From: an uncultured Muribaculaceae bacterium
Lineage (GTDB): Bacteria > Bacillota_I > Bacilli_A > RF39 > UBA660
NCBI GenBank assembly: GCA_964533935.1
Contig: CAZHOG010000003.1
Coordinates: 40,531 to 104,530 of the forward strand
Length of the DNA: 64,000 nucleotides
Reading direction: 5' to 3'
In this document: piece after piece, positions 49,815-60,245 of the stretch
How the letters are laid out: each line of letters starts with the position of its first letter
Position numbering within the stretch: the stretch's first letter is position 1
The notes under the pieces: model-generated
Databases searched by the model: none
What the model saw: only the letters and a program-made list of their open reading frames with translations
What the model was told of the DNA's origin: nothing
Translations under genes and position numbers: made by a program

Positions 49815-50117
49815 ATGAAAAAAATAAATGTAAATAAAGAAATGTGCATTGGTTGTGGAGCTTGTGTTGCAATCGATGATGAACATTTTAATTTTGACGA
49901 TAATGGTTTATCAAACGTTATTTCAAATGAATCTTTAGATTCTGCAAACTTAGCAAACGCAATTGAATCTTGTCCTGTTGGAGCAATATCAATAAGTGAT
50001 TGTGAATGTGGATGCCAAGAAAATTGCAACTGCGATTCTGATTGTGATTGTGGATGCCAAGAAGGCGAAGAATGTTCTTGCGATTCTTGTGATTGCGATT
50101 GTGAACATTGTAATTAA
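49815..50117 (+). CDS. Small 4Fe-4S ferredoxin with Cys/Asp-rich C-terminal tail
   Basis: CIGCGACVAIDDEHF ... CPVGAISI, followed by DCECGCQENCNCDSDCDCGCQEGEECSCDSCDCDCEHCN. The ATG at 49815 is preceded by AGGAGA. Confidence 0.7.
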   Translation: MKKINVNKEMCIGCGACVAIDDEHFNFDDNGLSNVISNESLDSANLANAIESCPVGAISISDCECGCQENCNCDSDCDCGCQEGEECSCDSCDCDCEHCN

Positions 50118-50158
50118 AAATTCCAAATCAAAAATACAAAAGAAATATAGACAGTCAA

Positions 50159-50186
50159 AAAAGACATATCAATTGATATGTCTTTT
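50159..50186. terminator. Bidirectional terminator
   Basis: Palindrome AAGACATATCAATTGATATGTCTT, flanked by A and T runs. Confidence 0.55.
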
Positions 50187-50898
50187 ATTTTAAACTATAT
50201 AATTTTTTTACTTCTTTAATACTTAATTCTCTATATTCTCCAGATTTTAAGTTTTCAAGATTTAAAAAAGCATAACTTTCTCTTTTTAATTTTATAACTT
50301 CATGATGTAATTCATGAAATAGTTTTTTAACAATATGATTTCTTCCTTCAACAATAGTAATTTCTATTAAAGAAGTATTTTTCACGATATCTTTTTTTCT
50401 TACTTTAAATCTAACTGGTTTACATCTTCTATCTTCAATAATTACGCCTCTTTTTAATGCATCTATATCTTCTTTTGCTAAGATGCCTTCAATTTTAGCA
50501 ATATAAGTCTTTTCAATATTATTACTTGGATGACTTAATATATTAGTTAATTCGCCATCATTTGTTAATAAAATTAAACCAGTAGTATCGTAATCAAGTC
50601 TTCCAATTGGATAAATTCTAGAATCAGTATTAATTAAGGATACGATAGTATTTCTATTTTTGTCATCACTTACACTGCTTATATAACCACGTGGTTTATT
50701 TAAAATATAATATTCTTTAATTAAATCTTGGTTAATAGCATTTCCATTAATTGTAATACTATCACTATAATTTACTTTAGTACCCAACTCTTGTACTACT
50801 TTACCATTAACTTCTACACATCCTTTTAATATTAATTCTTCAGCTTTTCTTCTTGATGTATATCCACTATTTGCAATAACCTTTTGTAATCTTTCCAT
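50185..50898 (-). CDS. Pseudouridine synthase, RsuA/RluB family
   Basis: S4 domain (SRRKAEELI), catalytic GRLDYDTTGL. Confidence 0.82.
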   Translation of the reverse strand: MERLQKVIANSGYTSRRKAEELILKGCVEVNGKVVQELGTKVNYSDSITINGNAINQDLIKEYYILNKPRGYISSVSDDKNRNTIVSLINTDSRIYPIGRLDYDTTGLILLTNDGELTNILSHPSNNIEKTYIAKIEGILAKEDIDALKRGVIIEDRRCKPVRFKVRKKDIVKNTSLIEITIVEGRNHIVKKLFHELHHEVIKLKRESYAFLNLENLKSGEYRELSIKEVKKLYSLK

Positions 50899-50962
50899 AC
50901 TAGCACCTCACTCGTTTTATAGAGTATAACATATTTTAATGAATTAAAGAATAAAAGAAATA

Positions 50963-51475
50963 TTAAAAAAATAAACTTACTACTATAAAGCTAGCTATTA
51001 TTCCAATTAAATCGGCAAATAAGCCACATAATAAAGCATATTTTGTTTTAGTTACTTTGATACTACCAAAATACAATGCTAAAACATAAATTGTTGTATC
51101 TGTACTTCCTTGGATAGTAGATGCCAAAAGACCAGCAAAAGAATCAGGTCCATATTTCAAAAAAATTCCATTCATTATTGAAAGACTTGCTGTTCCCGAA
51201 ATTGGTCTTAATAAGGCCATTGGTATAATATCTAATGGTAAATTAATTTTTGCCAATACAGGAGTCATAAATTTAAATACGTGCAAAACAAAATTACTAT
51301 TTAAAAATAAATTAACAGCAAATACCATGGCAATAATTGATGGGAATATATTAAAGCAAGTTTTCAGGCCATCTTTAGCACCATTCAAAAAAGATTCATA
51401 TATATCTTGATGCTTAATAATACCATAGATTATTATTAATAAAATAAAACTGGGAATGATTAATTTAGTTATCAT
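50963..51475 (-). CDS. spmB: Spore maturation protein B
   Basis: Nucleoside-recognition-type membrane protein directly after spmA, overlapping it by 11 nt. Confidence 0.7.
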   Translation of the reverse strand: MITKLIIPSFILLIIIYGIIKHQDIYESFLNGAKDGLKTCFNIFPSIIAMVFAVNLFLNSNFVLHVFKFMTPVLAKINLPLDIIPMALLRPISGTASLSIMNGIFLKYGPDSFAGLLASTIQGSTDTTIYVLALYFGSIKVTKTKYALLCGLFADLIGIIASFIVVSLFF

Positions 51476-52049
51476 AGTTTTTTCTCCTTATAAAATAATC
51501 TAATAATAAACCTCCTAATGAAGAAAAAAATGTAGCAATAACAGAAGTTATAATTATACTTTCAGGATTTGAACTTCCAGTCATTAATCTTAATGCAATT
51601 GTAGTAGTTGGTACAATTGTAACACCTGATGTATTTAATATAAGAAAAGTTATCATTGGTGTTGTCGCAGTATCTTTTTGATTATTGATTTTTTGTAATT
51701 CTTCCATTGCTTTTAATCCAAAAGGTGTTGCTGCACTTCCAAGTCCAAGTGCATTGGCTGCAATATTTGAAGCTATGTATCCGAGTGATTTATTTTCTTT
51801 GGGAACTGTTGGAAATAACTTTGATAAAAATGGATATAACAAATTTGAAAATTTATTTAATAAACCGGAATCCTCAGCTATTTTCATTATTCCAGTCCAT
51901 AATACAATAATTGGTAATAAATCTAGCATCATTTTAAGTCCATCATTAGCACTGGTTAAAATTGTATCATTTAATCCACTTATATTATTAGTCATAATAC
52001 TAAAACCGATTCCTAGAATAATTAATAAACCCCAAATTATTGTAACCAT
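51465..52049 (-). CDS. spmA: Spore maturation protein A
   Basis: Membrane protein. Context downstream of dacB, as in the Bacillus dacB-spmA-spmB operon. Confidence 0.7.
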   Translation of the reverse strand: MVTIIWGLLIILGIGFSIMTNNISGLNDTILTSANDGLKMMLDLLPIIVLWTGIMKIAEDSGLLNKFSNLLYPFLSKLFPTVPKENKSLGYIASNIAANALGLGSAATPFGLKAMEELQKINNQKDTATTPMITFLILNTSGVTIVPTTTIALRLMTGSSNPESIIITSVIATFFSSLGGLLLDYFIRRKNYDN

Positions 52050-52100
52050 CTACTCATCTCCATATTTAAAAATATGAAAAAAGATAAAATAAATGATATT

Positions 52101-52946
52101 TTATCTTTTTATTAATTCAAGTTTTTTTATTTGTTCTTCAAAAGGTTCATTATTATATGTGGATAATAATTCTAAAGATTCTTCTGTAGTATGAATATTT
52201 TGAGTAACAAATTTATTATTTTCTTTAAATAAAAGTTCATAAAATATCGGTAAATCTTCTCCATAAATTATATCTTCTCTATTATCTTGATTTAATAAAG
52301 CCGCATGAGTTAATTCGTGAATATTAATAAGTGTAGAACTTTGGTCTTTTATTATTGGTAAAAGTATTTTATCAAAGTTTTCACCAAATACTCCAAATAT
52401 GTCAGAATTATTATAAGAATCAGTATCTAACCATTTAGTTTTTTTTAAAATCAAATCTAATAAAGAATTATCTAATACTTGCTCATTAATAAGAAAACTA
52501 TTCACATTATCATTGTTAAACCCTTTAACATAACTAATATAATTATTCATATCTTCATCAGATAAATCTTTATAATTCTTACGTGGTATATAAAACTTAT
52601 ACTCTAGATTCATATCAATAGCAGTTTCAATATTATCAATTAAGTATTCAAAATACTGATATTTCTTTTCAAATCCATCATCTATTTTATCTAAAAAATT
52701 ATATACATCTTGGCAATTCAATTTATAGCCATTTTTAAATATGAAATCTAATACAGTCATTTCTCTATATGTATTTTCTAAATAAACTTCTATTTCTTTT
52801 TTAAAAGAATCATTTAGTAAAGTATTATTAAACTTCTTTTTAGCTTTCATTCCATACCAATACTTATTGGCTAATACAGAATATATTTCTTTATAAGAAT
52901 AATAATAATATTTTAGTACTTCTAAATATATAAATCCACTTTTCAT
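52101..52946 (-). CDS. HExxH-motif protein, unknown function
   Basis: INIHELTHAAL ... YGEDLPIFYELLF. Inserted between dacB and spmA. Confidence 0.4.
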   Translation of the reverse strand: MKSGFIYLEVLKYYYYSYKEIYSVLANKYWYGMKAKKKFNNTLLNDSFKKEIEVYLENTYREMTVLDFIFKNGYKLNCQDVYNFLDKIDDGFEKKYQYFEYLIDNIETAIDMNLEYKFYIPRKNYKDLSDEDMNNYISYVKGFNNDNVNSFLINEQVLDNSLLDLILKKTKWLDTDSYNNSDIFGVFGENFDKILLPIIKDQSSTLINIHELTHAALLNQDNREDIIYGEDLPIFYELLFKENNKFVTQNIHTTEESLELLSTYNNEPFEEQIKKLELIKR

Positions 52947-52973
52947 AAAATCACCATTTCCGGTATTATAACA

Positions 52974-54056
52974 CTATTTAAAAATATTTTTAATTTTTTC
53001 CCATAAATTCGTTTTATTTTTTTTAATTTTCTTATTTTTTATATAAATATTTTCTTCATAAATAGTTTTATCATTTAATACTACCTGTGCTTTTCCTATA
53101 ACTTGATTATTCTTATAATTTTCATTTTTTTCTAAAACAATATTAATTTTAACATTATCTTTTTCTATATCATTTAAAAGCATTTGATAATCTTTTTTTA
53201 CATAAAAGTTTGCTTCATTATAAAAAGTTTCATTTCTTATTTTAAATTTTTTCTTATCAATTACTTTTATCAATGAATATTTTTCAAAATATTCTTCATA
53301 AAGATTTTTATGATCTTCAAAATCATTTCCATCATTTAAAGTAACAACTACTAATTTCTTATTTTCTTTTGTTGCTGATGTTACTAAAGTTCTCTTAGCT
53401 AGTTTAGTATATCCTGTTTTACCGCCATTACAATATTTATAATTAAATAATAGTTTATTTTTATTTCTCCATGAATATGTTTTTTTATCACTTTTTGCTG
53501 TATAATTTTTAGTACTAACTATTTTTTTAAAATCATTATTTTTCATTGCATAACTCATTAATAGTGCCATATCATAAGCCGTAGATAAATTAGCTTTTCC
53601 ATCATTTTCTTCTAAACCATGAGAATTATAGAATACCGTATTAGTCATATTTAACTGCTTAGCTTTATCATTCATTTTTTTTATAAAATCTATTTTTTTA
53701 TTATTAAAATAATTTGAAATAACAATGGCTGCATCGTTCCCACTTCTTAACATTAAACCATATAATAAATCTTCCAAACTTATTTTTTCTCCTAATTCAA
53801 TATATATAGCACTTCCATAAGCTTTTAATACAGCTTCATCTACAGTAATTTCATCAGATAGCTTACCATTTTCTAATGCTACAATACACGTCATTATTTT
53901 TGTAGTACTTGCAATTAGTTTTTGTTCGTCAATATTCTTTTTATATAAAACTCTATTTGAATCTTGATCTAACACAATTGCAGATTCAGCACTTATTGCT
54001 AATATATTTAATGGACATATAAAAAATAATAATACTACAATTAGTACTTTTTTCAT
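52974..54056 (-). CDS. dacB: D-alanyl-D-alanine carboxypeptidase (S11, DacB-like)
   Basis: SxxK (ASTTKIM), SGN (RSGND), KTG (GKTGYT), signal peptide. Confidence 0.85.
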   Translation of the reverse strand: MKKVLIVVLLFFICPLNILAISAESAIVLDQDSNRVLYKKNIDEQKLIASTTKIMTCIVALENGKLSDEITVDEAVLKAYGSAIYIELGEKISLEDLLYGLMLRSGNDAAIVISNYFNNKKIDFIKKMNDKAKQLNMTNTVFYNSHGLEENDGKANLSTAYDMALLMSYAMKNNDFKKIVSTKNYTAKSDKKTYSWRNKNKLLFNYKYCNGGKTGYTKLAKRTLVTSATKENKKLVVVTLNDGNDFEDHKNLYEEYFEKYSLIKVIDKKKFKIRNETFYNEANFYVKKDYQMLLNDIEKDNVKINIVLEKNENYKNNQVIGKAQVVLNDKTIYEENIYIKNKKIKKNKTNLWEKIKNIFK

Positions 54057-54102
54057 TTAATCACCTATTTAATGATATGAAAAAAAGAACTTTTTAAGTC
54101 CT

Positions 54103-54261
54103 TTAATTTTTCTTTGTATTTTTAAATATAATCTTAGAAAACAATATTAAAAATAAAATTGCACTAATTAATAAACAATATGGAAAATAATTTATTTCAT
54201 CATTAGTATTTTTAGTATCTCCATCAACAATAACTTTTTCAATCAACACTTTATTTTCCAT
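54103..54261 (-). CDS. 52-aa C-terminally anchored small protein
   Basis: Hand-translated as MENKVLIEKVIVDGDTKNTNDEINYFPYCLLISAILFLILFSKIIFKNTKKN, with a GAGGTG RBS upstream. Confidence 0.3.
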   Translation of the reverse strand: MENKVLIEKVIVDGDTKNTNDEINYFPYCLLISAILFLILFSKIIFKNTKKN

Positions 54262-54326
54262 CCATACACCTCATTGTATTTTAATTATATACTTATTTTC
54301 TAAAAATATCTATAAAAAAAGAGTTA

Positions 54327-54905
54327 TTAACTCTTTTTATCTGTATCAATAGAAGTATCATTTGAATAATCATATATTCCATGAATTTTTTGAATATCAG
54401 CATTTGTTGGTTCTTCTAAAACCCATTTACCATTTTCTTTTACTACTGTAAAATCTATTGAATATGTTACTGTAGTTTCATATTTTTTCATTTCATCTAG
54501 TTTATAATCAATATATAAATCTTCATCATATGCACCATCAGTATAGAACTCATCTTTATGCTCACTTAAATATTTTGCGGTGTCTTGTTGAACTTTATAG
54601 TAATCATATACAGTTATTTTTGCAGTAACCTTAGCTTCGTCACCATTATATACTTCGTCAGTAATCTCATATTTCATATCTTGATATTGACGTTTTAATA
54701 TATCCTTATATTTATCTTTTTGTTTATCTTTAAGATCCTCTTCGTCAATCAATTTGTCAAGTTGTGTAGATACATTGTCATCTAGTTTTTTATAATTATC
54801 TAAATAATCTCTAACTTTATCTTTTGCCCTATTATCTGTACATCCGCAACCAACTGCCAAAAATACTGCTATTAAAATTGCTACTATTTTATAAGTTTTT
54901 TTCAT
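54327..54905 (-). CDS. Lipoprotein, unknown function
   Basis: MKKTYKIVAILIAVFLAVGCG lipobox. The ATG at 54905 is preceded by AAGGAG. Confidence 0.55.
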   Translation of the reverse strand: MKKTYKIVAILIAVFLAVGCGCTDNRAKDKVRDYLDNYKKLDDNVSTQLDKLIDEEDLKDKQKDKYKDILKRQYQDMKYEITDEVYNGDEAKVTAKITVYDYYKVQQDTAKYLSEHKDEFYTDGAYDEDLYIDYKLDEMKKYETTVTYSIDFTVVKENGKWVLEEPTNADIQKIHGIYDYSNDTSIDTDKKS

Positions 54906-54951
54906 ATCTATCCTTTTCTCCTTTTTAATATTATGGTCAAATAAATGTAAA

Positions 54952-55584
54952 CTATACATTGCTATATGATAACTTAATTAAATTATATATATTATATTGT
55001 TCTTTAGTAATTCCACGGTTTAAATCTTCAATTGATTTTTTTAATATTTCATTATAGTCTTCACTTATTAAATTAAACCATTCATAATATAAATACTTTA
55101 ATTTTTCAAAATCTTTATTATCATATAATTCTTTTAATTCTGTTAATATAATTCTTTTAATCTTTTCTTCTTGTCTAAAATTATTTTTTAACTTATATTC
55201 TTTAATTTTAGATATATCAATATTTCTATTTTTTAAGGAATATGCGATTTCACATATGTTATTCTCATCTTCCAGAAGTAGATTGCTTCTTGATACACTC
55301 TTGCCAATATCATTAAATTCAATTGCAATGCAATTTTTAGTATCACAAAAAATACAAGCTGTTAATAAGTCACCTTTTTTAACAATACTTTTACCTTTTA
55401 TTGAATTTAAAAATTCATCAGATATTATAAATTCACTTGAATAAATTTTTTGTAATAAAGGTGTTGATATTTTTATTAATGGAATTTTTTTAAAGTTATC
55501 CAAATTATCATTTGCTTCCCATTCATAAAATTCTAGTAATTGTTCATCATCAAAGTTTAGTTTTATTTCGTAATAAAAATTCAT
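54952..55584 (-). CDS. Hypothetical cytoplasmic protein
   Basis: 210-aa ORF, no recognisable motif. Confidence 0.4.
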   Translation of the reverse strand: MNFYYEIKLNFDDEQLLEFYEWEANDNLDNFKKIPLIKISTPLLQKIYSSEFIISDEFLNSIKGKSIVKKGDLLTACIFCDTKNCIAIEFNDIGKSVSRSNLLLEDENNICEIAYSLKNRNIDISKIKEYKLKNNFRQEEKIKRIILTELKELYDNKDFEKLKYLYYEWFNLISEDYNEILKKSIEDLNRGITKEQYNIYNLIKLSYSNV

Positions 55585-55783
55585 TTTTAATATTCCTTTC
55601 TAAAGAAAAATAAATCATTAGTAATCCTATATAAAAGATTAAACATTCAAACTTCATATTAATAAATTCTACATATTCTAAAAAACTATACCCTAATGTT
55701 AATAAATTTAAATAAAGTATTGAAAAAAGCAATCCTAGACTGCAAAGAAATATACCTAAAAAAAATAAAATAATCTTTTTCAT
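55550..55783 (-). CDS. Small membrane protein
   Basis: 77-aa ORF with two hydrophobic helices. Confidence 0.3.
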   Translation of the reverse strand: MKKIILFFLGIFLCSLGLLFSILYLNLLTLGYSFLEYVEFINMKFECLIFYIGLLMIYFSLERNIKNEFLLRNKTKL

Positions 55784-55852
55784 AACAATCTCCTAAAACA
55801 TTTTATTTCTTATTTTATGATTTTAGTATATAATTATTACAGGTGATTATAG

Positions 55853-56665
55853 ATGGAAATTTTAAAATACATTTTTTTAGGAATAATTCAAGGAATTGCT
55901 GAGCCCTTGCCAATTTCTTCCAGTGGACATTTGTTTTTATTAACTCATTTGTTTAATACAGAAGCATTTAGTGATCTGAATTTTGAAATAATTGTTAACT
56001 TTGGTTCATTCATTGCAATATTTTTTATATTTTATAAAGAAATATTTGATCTAATAAAATCATTCTTTATTTATATTTTTAATAAAGATAAAAGAAAACA
56101 ATATGCAGAAAAGTTTAATTATTGCATAATGATAATAATAGGTTCAATACCTGTTGCTATTGTAGGTGTTTTATTTAAAGATAAAATAGAATCAGCTCTA
56201 TCCAAAATGTGGGTATTGGGTATCTCTTTTCTAATAACAGCTTTAGTTTTATTTTTAGTTAGAAAAATTAATGGTAATAAAACAGATAAAGATATTACTT
56301 ATAAACAAGCTTTATTAATTGGAATATTTCAAGCTATAGCTCTTGTTCCTGGTATTAGTAGAAGTGGTATGGTATTAGTTGCTTGTTTACTATGTAAATT
56401 AAATAAAGAATCTTCATTAAAATATACTTTTATGCTTTATATGCCAGTTAGTGTTGCATCAATGGTACTAGGAGTAAAAGATTTAGCTGAAGCAACTAAT
56501 TTAAGTTCCCTTGCAATACCATATACTGTTGGAATGATTGCAGCATGCATTGTAACATATTTTTCATACCAATGGTTATCAGATTGGGTAAAAAAAGGAA
56601 AATTATGGAAGTTTTCAATTTATTGTTTAATTCTTGGAATATTTGTATTAATTTATTTTAGATAA
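55853..56665 (+). CDS. uppP: Undecaprenyl-diphosphate phosphatase
   Basis: PISSSGHL, PGISRSG. Confidence 0.88.
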   Translation: MEILKYIFLGIIQGIAEPLPISSSGHLFLLTHLFNTEAFSDLNFEIIVNFGSFIAIFFIFYKEIFDLIKSFFIYIFNKDKRKQYAEKFNYCIMIIIGSIPVAIVGVLFKDKIESALSKMWVLGISFLITALVLFLVRKINGNKTDKDITYKQALLIGIFQAIALVPGISRSGMVLVACLLCKLNKESSLKYTFMLYMPVSVASMVLGVKDLAEATNLSSLAIPYTVGMIAACIVTYFSYQWLSDWVKKGKLWKFSIYCLILGIFVLIYFR

Positions 56666-56685
56666 AAAAATGAATAACATAATCG

Positions 56686-57768
56686 TTATTCATTTTCTTT
56701 TTCTATATCATTTGTAAGTTTGTCTACATCAACACTATTAATAGAATTAAATCTATTAGTAATTTTTTGCGTTGTAACATGTATTTCTTTAACATCTTTA
56801 CTTACTGTGTCAATGCTTCTAGATAACTTATCCCAGCGTTCTTTATATCTTGCAAATTCAAAAGATAATTTATTAAGTTCTTGGTGAATTACCTTAGCAT
56901 ATTTATCACGTTCCATATTTTTTAATATCATACTTATAGTTGTTAAAGTACTCATAAGAGTTGTTGGAGATGTTATCCATACACTCTTATTATAAGCTTC
57001 TTTTACTAAATCAGGATGATAAGCATTTATTTCAGCAAAAATAGCTTCTGCAGGTAAAAACATAATTGCTTCGTTTGATGTTTCTCCAGGAACAATATAT
57101 TTTGAACTGATTGCTTCAATATGTTTTTTTACATCCAATTTAAATTGTTTTTCAGCAACTGTTCTTAATTCTTTTGACAATGTTTTATCTGTCATTTTTT
57201 CATAATTTTCCAATGGAAATTTAGAATCTATACAAATTGTACCTAGTGGTGATGGTGCATATAATATTGCATCAGCTATATAACCATTACTCATTTTATG
57301 TTGAATATCATATACTCCACTATTCTTTTCTCCAAAAACACTAGTTAAAATATAGTTCAAATTTACTTCCCCAAATATTCCCCTAGTCTTTTTATCTGTT
57401 AAAACACTTTGTAATGATACAATTTCACTAGACAATCCGTCTATTTTCTTTTGTGCTTCATCTATTTTAGATAATCTTTCAATAATATTATTAAATGTTT
57501 TATTAGTTTTTTCAAAATTTTGATCTATTCTTTCATTAACCTTATCATTAATCATATTTAATTTACGTTCAATTTTTTCATTTAAAAATTCAAAATCACT
57601 TCTTAAATCTTTACTAAAATCAATTCTAAAAGTACCAACTTCTTTAGTAATATCATTTTCAAATCTTCCTAATCTTTCAATCATTTCACTATCATTATTT
57701 TTTCTTATAATTAGTACTATTAATAAAATAATAGCAATAACCATAAGACCTATTAAAACATATTCCAT
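56686..57768 (-). CDS. rmuC: DNA recombination protein RmuC
   Basis: N-terminal TM helix, coiled coil, and a C-terminal RmuC region (GIFGEVNLNYIL, FLPAEAIFAE). Confidence 0.75.
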   Translation of the reverse strand: MEYVLIGLMVIAIILLIVLIIRKNNDSEMIERLGRFENDITKEVGTFRIDFSKDLRSDFEFLNEKIERKLNMINDKVNERIDQNFEKTNKTFNNIIERLSKIDEAQKKIDGLSSEIVSLQSVLTDKKTRGIFGEVNLNYILTSVFGEKNSGVYDIQHKMSNGYIADAILYAPSPLGTICIDSKFPLENYEKMTDKTLSKELRTVAEKQFKLDVKKHIEAISSKYIVPGETSNEAIMFLPAEAIFAEINAYHPDLVKEAYNKSVWITSPTTLMSTLTTISMILKNMERDKYAKVIHQELNKLSFEFARYKERWDKLSRSIDTVSKDVKEIHVTTQKITNRFNSINSVDVDKLTNDIEKENE

Positions 57769-57777
57769 ATAAACCTC

Positions 57778-58359
57778 CTATAAACCAAATTTTTTAGTAA
57801 CTATTTTACTTAATGTATATGCTACAAAAAGCATAAAAGCAACTTTTAACAATATAATTGGATGTGTTAAACTTTGAATCAAATTAGTTCCAATAAATCC
57901 CCAAAAGTATACCATAAAAAACTTACCAATGATCATTCCTATTAAAAACTTTTTTGTTTCTATTTTCGATACGCCAGCTGCTATATTAACCAAAAATGCT
58001 GGAGTAAAAGGAACCGCTACAATAACTGCTAATTGAGAAATACTACATTTTTCAATTATCTTCATAATTTTATTTGCACTTTCAATTACTCTTACTTTTT
58101 TATCAAACCAATTTTTTATACCTTTTCGGAATATAATAAAAGATAAAAAGCAGCCTAAACAAGTACATAACCATGAAATAATAAAACCTATTACATACCC
58201 AAAAGAAATACAATTTAATGTTATAAAAACACATAGTGGTAATATGGGTATCATTGATTCAATAACTATTAAAAAGCATCCTAAAATTGGCCCAGCCGTT
58301 CCTAAGAAAGCTATCATATAATTTATAAATTCACTTATTGTTGAAAAAATTGCTGTCAT
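57778..58359 (-). CDS. TVP38/TMEM64 (DedA-related) membrane protein
   Basis: Polytopic protein with PFTPAFLVNIAAG. Confidence 0.55.
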   Translation of the reverse strand: MTAIFSTISEFINYMIAFLGTAGPILGCFLIVIESMIPILPLCVFITLNCISFGYVIGFIISWLCTCLGCFLSFIIFRKGIKNWFDKKVRVIESANKIMKIIEKCSISQLAVIVAVPFTPAFLVNIAAGVSKIETKKFLIGMIIGKFFMVYFWGFIGTNLIQSLTHPIILLKVAFMLFVAYTLSKIVTKKFGL

Positions 58360-58404
58360 ATATTCAATCCTCAGTATTTATTATAAATCAAAAACAAAAA
58401 AAAA

Positions 58405-58674
58405 TCACTCTTTATATAATTGAGTGACATCATAACCGTAAAGTTCTAAAATACTAACTGCCCTTTTGCTTTTATGCCCACCACTGCAAATCAAATAGTA
58501 TTTTTTATCTTTACTTAAAAGTGTTTTATAATTAAACATTAATTTATTAAATGGAATATTAATACTCCCTGGAAAATGATTTAACTTATATATATACTCT
58601 TCTTCTAAATCAATAACAATTCCCATATTATTTTTATAATCAGATAATTTAATTCTTTTCATTCTCTTCACCAC
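58405..58674 (-). CDS. Single-domain rhodanese-like protein
   Basis: HFPGSINIP, active-site loop CSGGHKSKR. Confidence 0.55.
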   Translation of the reverse strand: MVKRMKRIKLSDYKNNMGIVIDLEEEYIYKLNHFPGSINIPFNKLMFNYKTLLSKDKKYYLICSGGHKSKRAVSILELYGYDVTQLYKE

Positions 58675-58771
58675 TATATATTATTATAAATAAATAGATA
58701 TGATTGGACTTTTATATCAATATTTATAAATCTTTGATATAATTTAAAATAGAAAGAAGTGTGAGAAGTTT

Positions 58772-60205
58772 ATGTTGGACGAAAACAACAGCGTTTCTAA
58801 TATAGAAACAAATTCTGAATTAAATACTGCAAATGTAAATAATTCAGAAATCAAAAACAACAGTAAAAGAAATAAAATAATTTCTCTTATTGCTGTAGTA
58901 TTAGCAATTGTTTTAATTGCTGGAGGAGGATTTTATTACTATTTTATTCAACCAAGCGTTATAGTAAAAAACTTAATTAATAATGCTTATAATAGTTTTA
59001 GTAATTTAATTACTAAAAATGATTCTTTTGATATTGAAAAAGATACTGCTCTAGTTACTGGAGATTTAAATGTTGATACAAATATTCCTGGTTTAGAAGA
59101 TTTAAATGAAGAAAAAATTGGATATACATTAGGTTTAGATTACAAAAATAAAAAAGTTGAAGCTGGTTTATCTTTAACAGAAGATAAAAATGATATTATT
59201 GATGCTTTAGTATATTTTATAAATAACAAAATGTATTTAAATTTAAAAGATGATTACAAAGACATAATCGAACTTGATTCAAAAGATTATGAATTTAGTG
59301 AATTATTTAATATTGAAAAAAGTGATATTAAAACAGAAGATATTGATTATATAGTAAAAGAATTTAAAGATATTTTAATTGAATCTCTTGATATGGATAA
59401 ATTCGAAAAATCTACTGATACAATAAAAATAAATAATAAAAATACTAAAGTTAATAAGTTGACTTATGAACTTAATAAAGAAAATTTAGAAGAATTAACA
59501 AATAATATAGTTGATAAAACTTTAGAAAATAAAGATTTATTAAAAAAACTTAGTGAATTATCAGATACTGATGTTGAAGATATTGAAGAAAAATTAAAAG
59601 ATTCTAAAGAAGATATTGATGAATTAGAGGATATTGGAGAATTAAATATTTATACTAAAGGTTTAACAAACAAAGTTTGTAAAATAGAAGTAAATGATGA
59701 AGATTCAAGTATTGGAATTATTGTTAATAAAAAATCTACAGATATTTATATAAGTGGTATTGGTAATGTAAATGCTTTAATACAAATAAAAGAATACAAT
59801 AAAGAAAAAGTTGATATTGATTATAATATTAAAATTGAAGATGAAAAAATAACAGGAAATATTTTATTTACTAGCAAAAAAGAAAATAAAAATAAATTCT
59901 CAGGTACAGTAAATATCAGCGTTAAATATAATGATTATAAAGTTTCTGTTAAATCAAACTATAATGTTGATACAAAAGCAGCTATTGCTGATATTAAACC
60001 TAATGATACTGTTAAATATAGTTCAATTAGTTCAAATGAAATAGATAGTATTAATTCTAAAATAATGAATAGATTCAGTGATTCAAATTTATATTCACTT
60101 GTTAGTTCATTATTTGGATCTGTTAACACATCTAGCGATGATGATGACGATTATGACTATGACTATGACTATGATTATGATTATGATTATGACTATGAAT
60201 ATTAA
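58772..60205 (+). CDS. Membrane-anchored hypothetical protein with C-terminal (Asp-Tyr)n tail
   Basis: TM helix at about residues 35-57. Ends in DDDD followed by repeated DY units and EY. Confidence 0.5.
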   Translation: MLDENNSVSNIETNSELNTANVNNSEIKNNSKRNKIISLIAVVLAIVLIAGGGFYYYFIQPSVIVKNLINNAYNSFSNLITKNDSFDIEKDTALVTGDLNVDTNIPGLEDLNEEKIGYTLGLDYKNKKVEAGLSLTEDKNDIIDALVYFINNKMYLNLKDDYKDIIELDSKDYEFSELFNIEKSDIKTEDIDYIVKEFKDILIESLDMDKFEKSTDTIKINNKNTKVNKLTYELNKENLEELTNNIVDKTLENKDLLKKLSELSDTDVEDIEEKLKDSKEDIDELEDIGELNIYTKGLTNKVCKIEVNDEDSSIGIIVNKKSTDIYISGIGNVNALIQIKEYNKEKVDIDYNIKIEDEKITGNILFTSKKENKNKFSGTVNISVKYNDYKVSVKSNYNVDTKAAIADIKPNDTVKYSSISSNEIDSINSKIMNRFSDSNLYSLVSSLFGSVNTSSDDDDDYDYDYDYDYDYDYDYEY

Positions 60206-60245
60206 TGTATTATAAAATAAAAAAATAACCGAAAAGTTATTTTTT

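Noticed and set aside
49763-50193. ORFs 49763..50029 (-) and 49996..50193 (+) overlapping the ferredoxin gene, and the TTG start at 49767
   Set aside because: The ferredoxin frame has the cluster-binding motifs and a proper RBS at 49802-49807. The others are frame or strand shadows.
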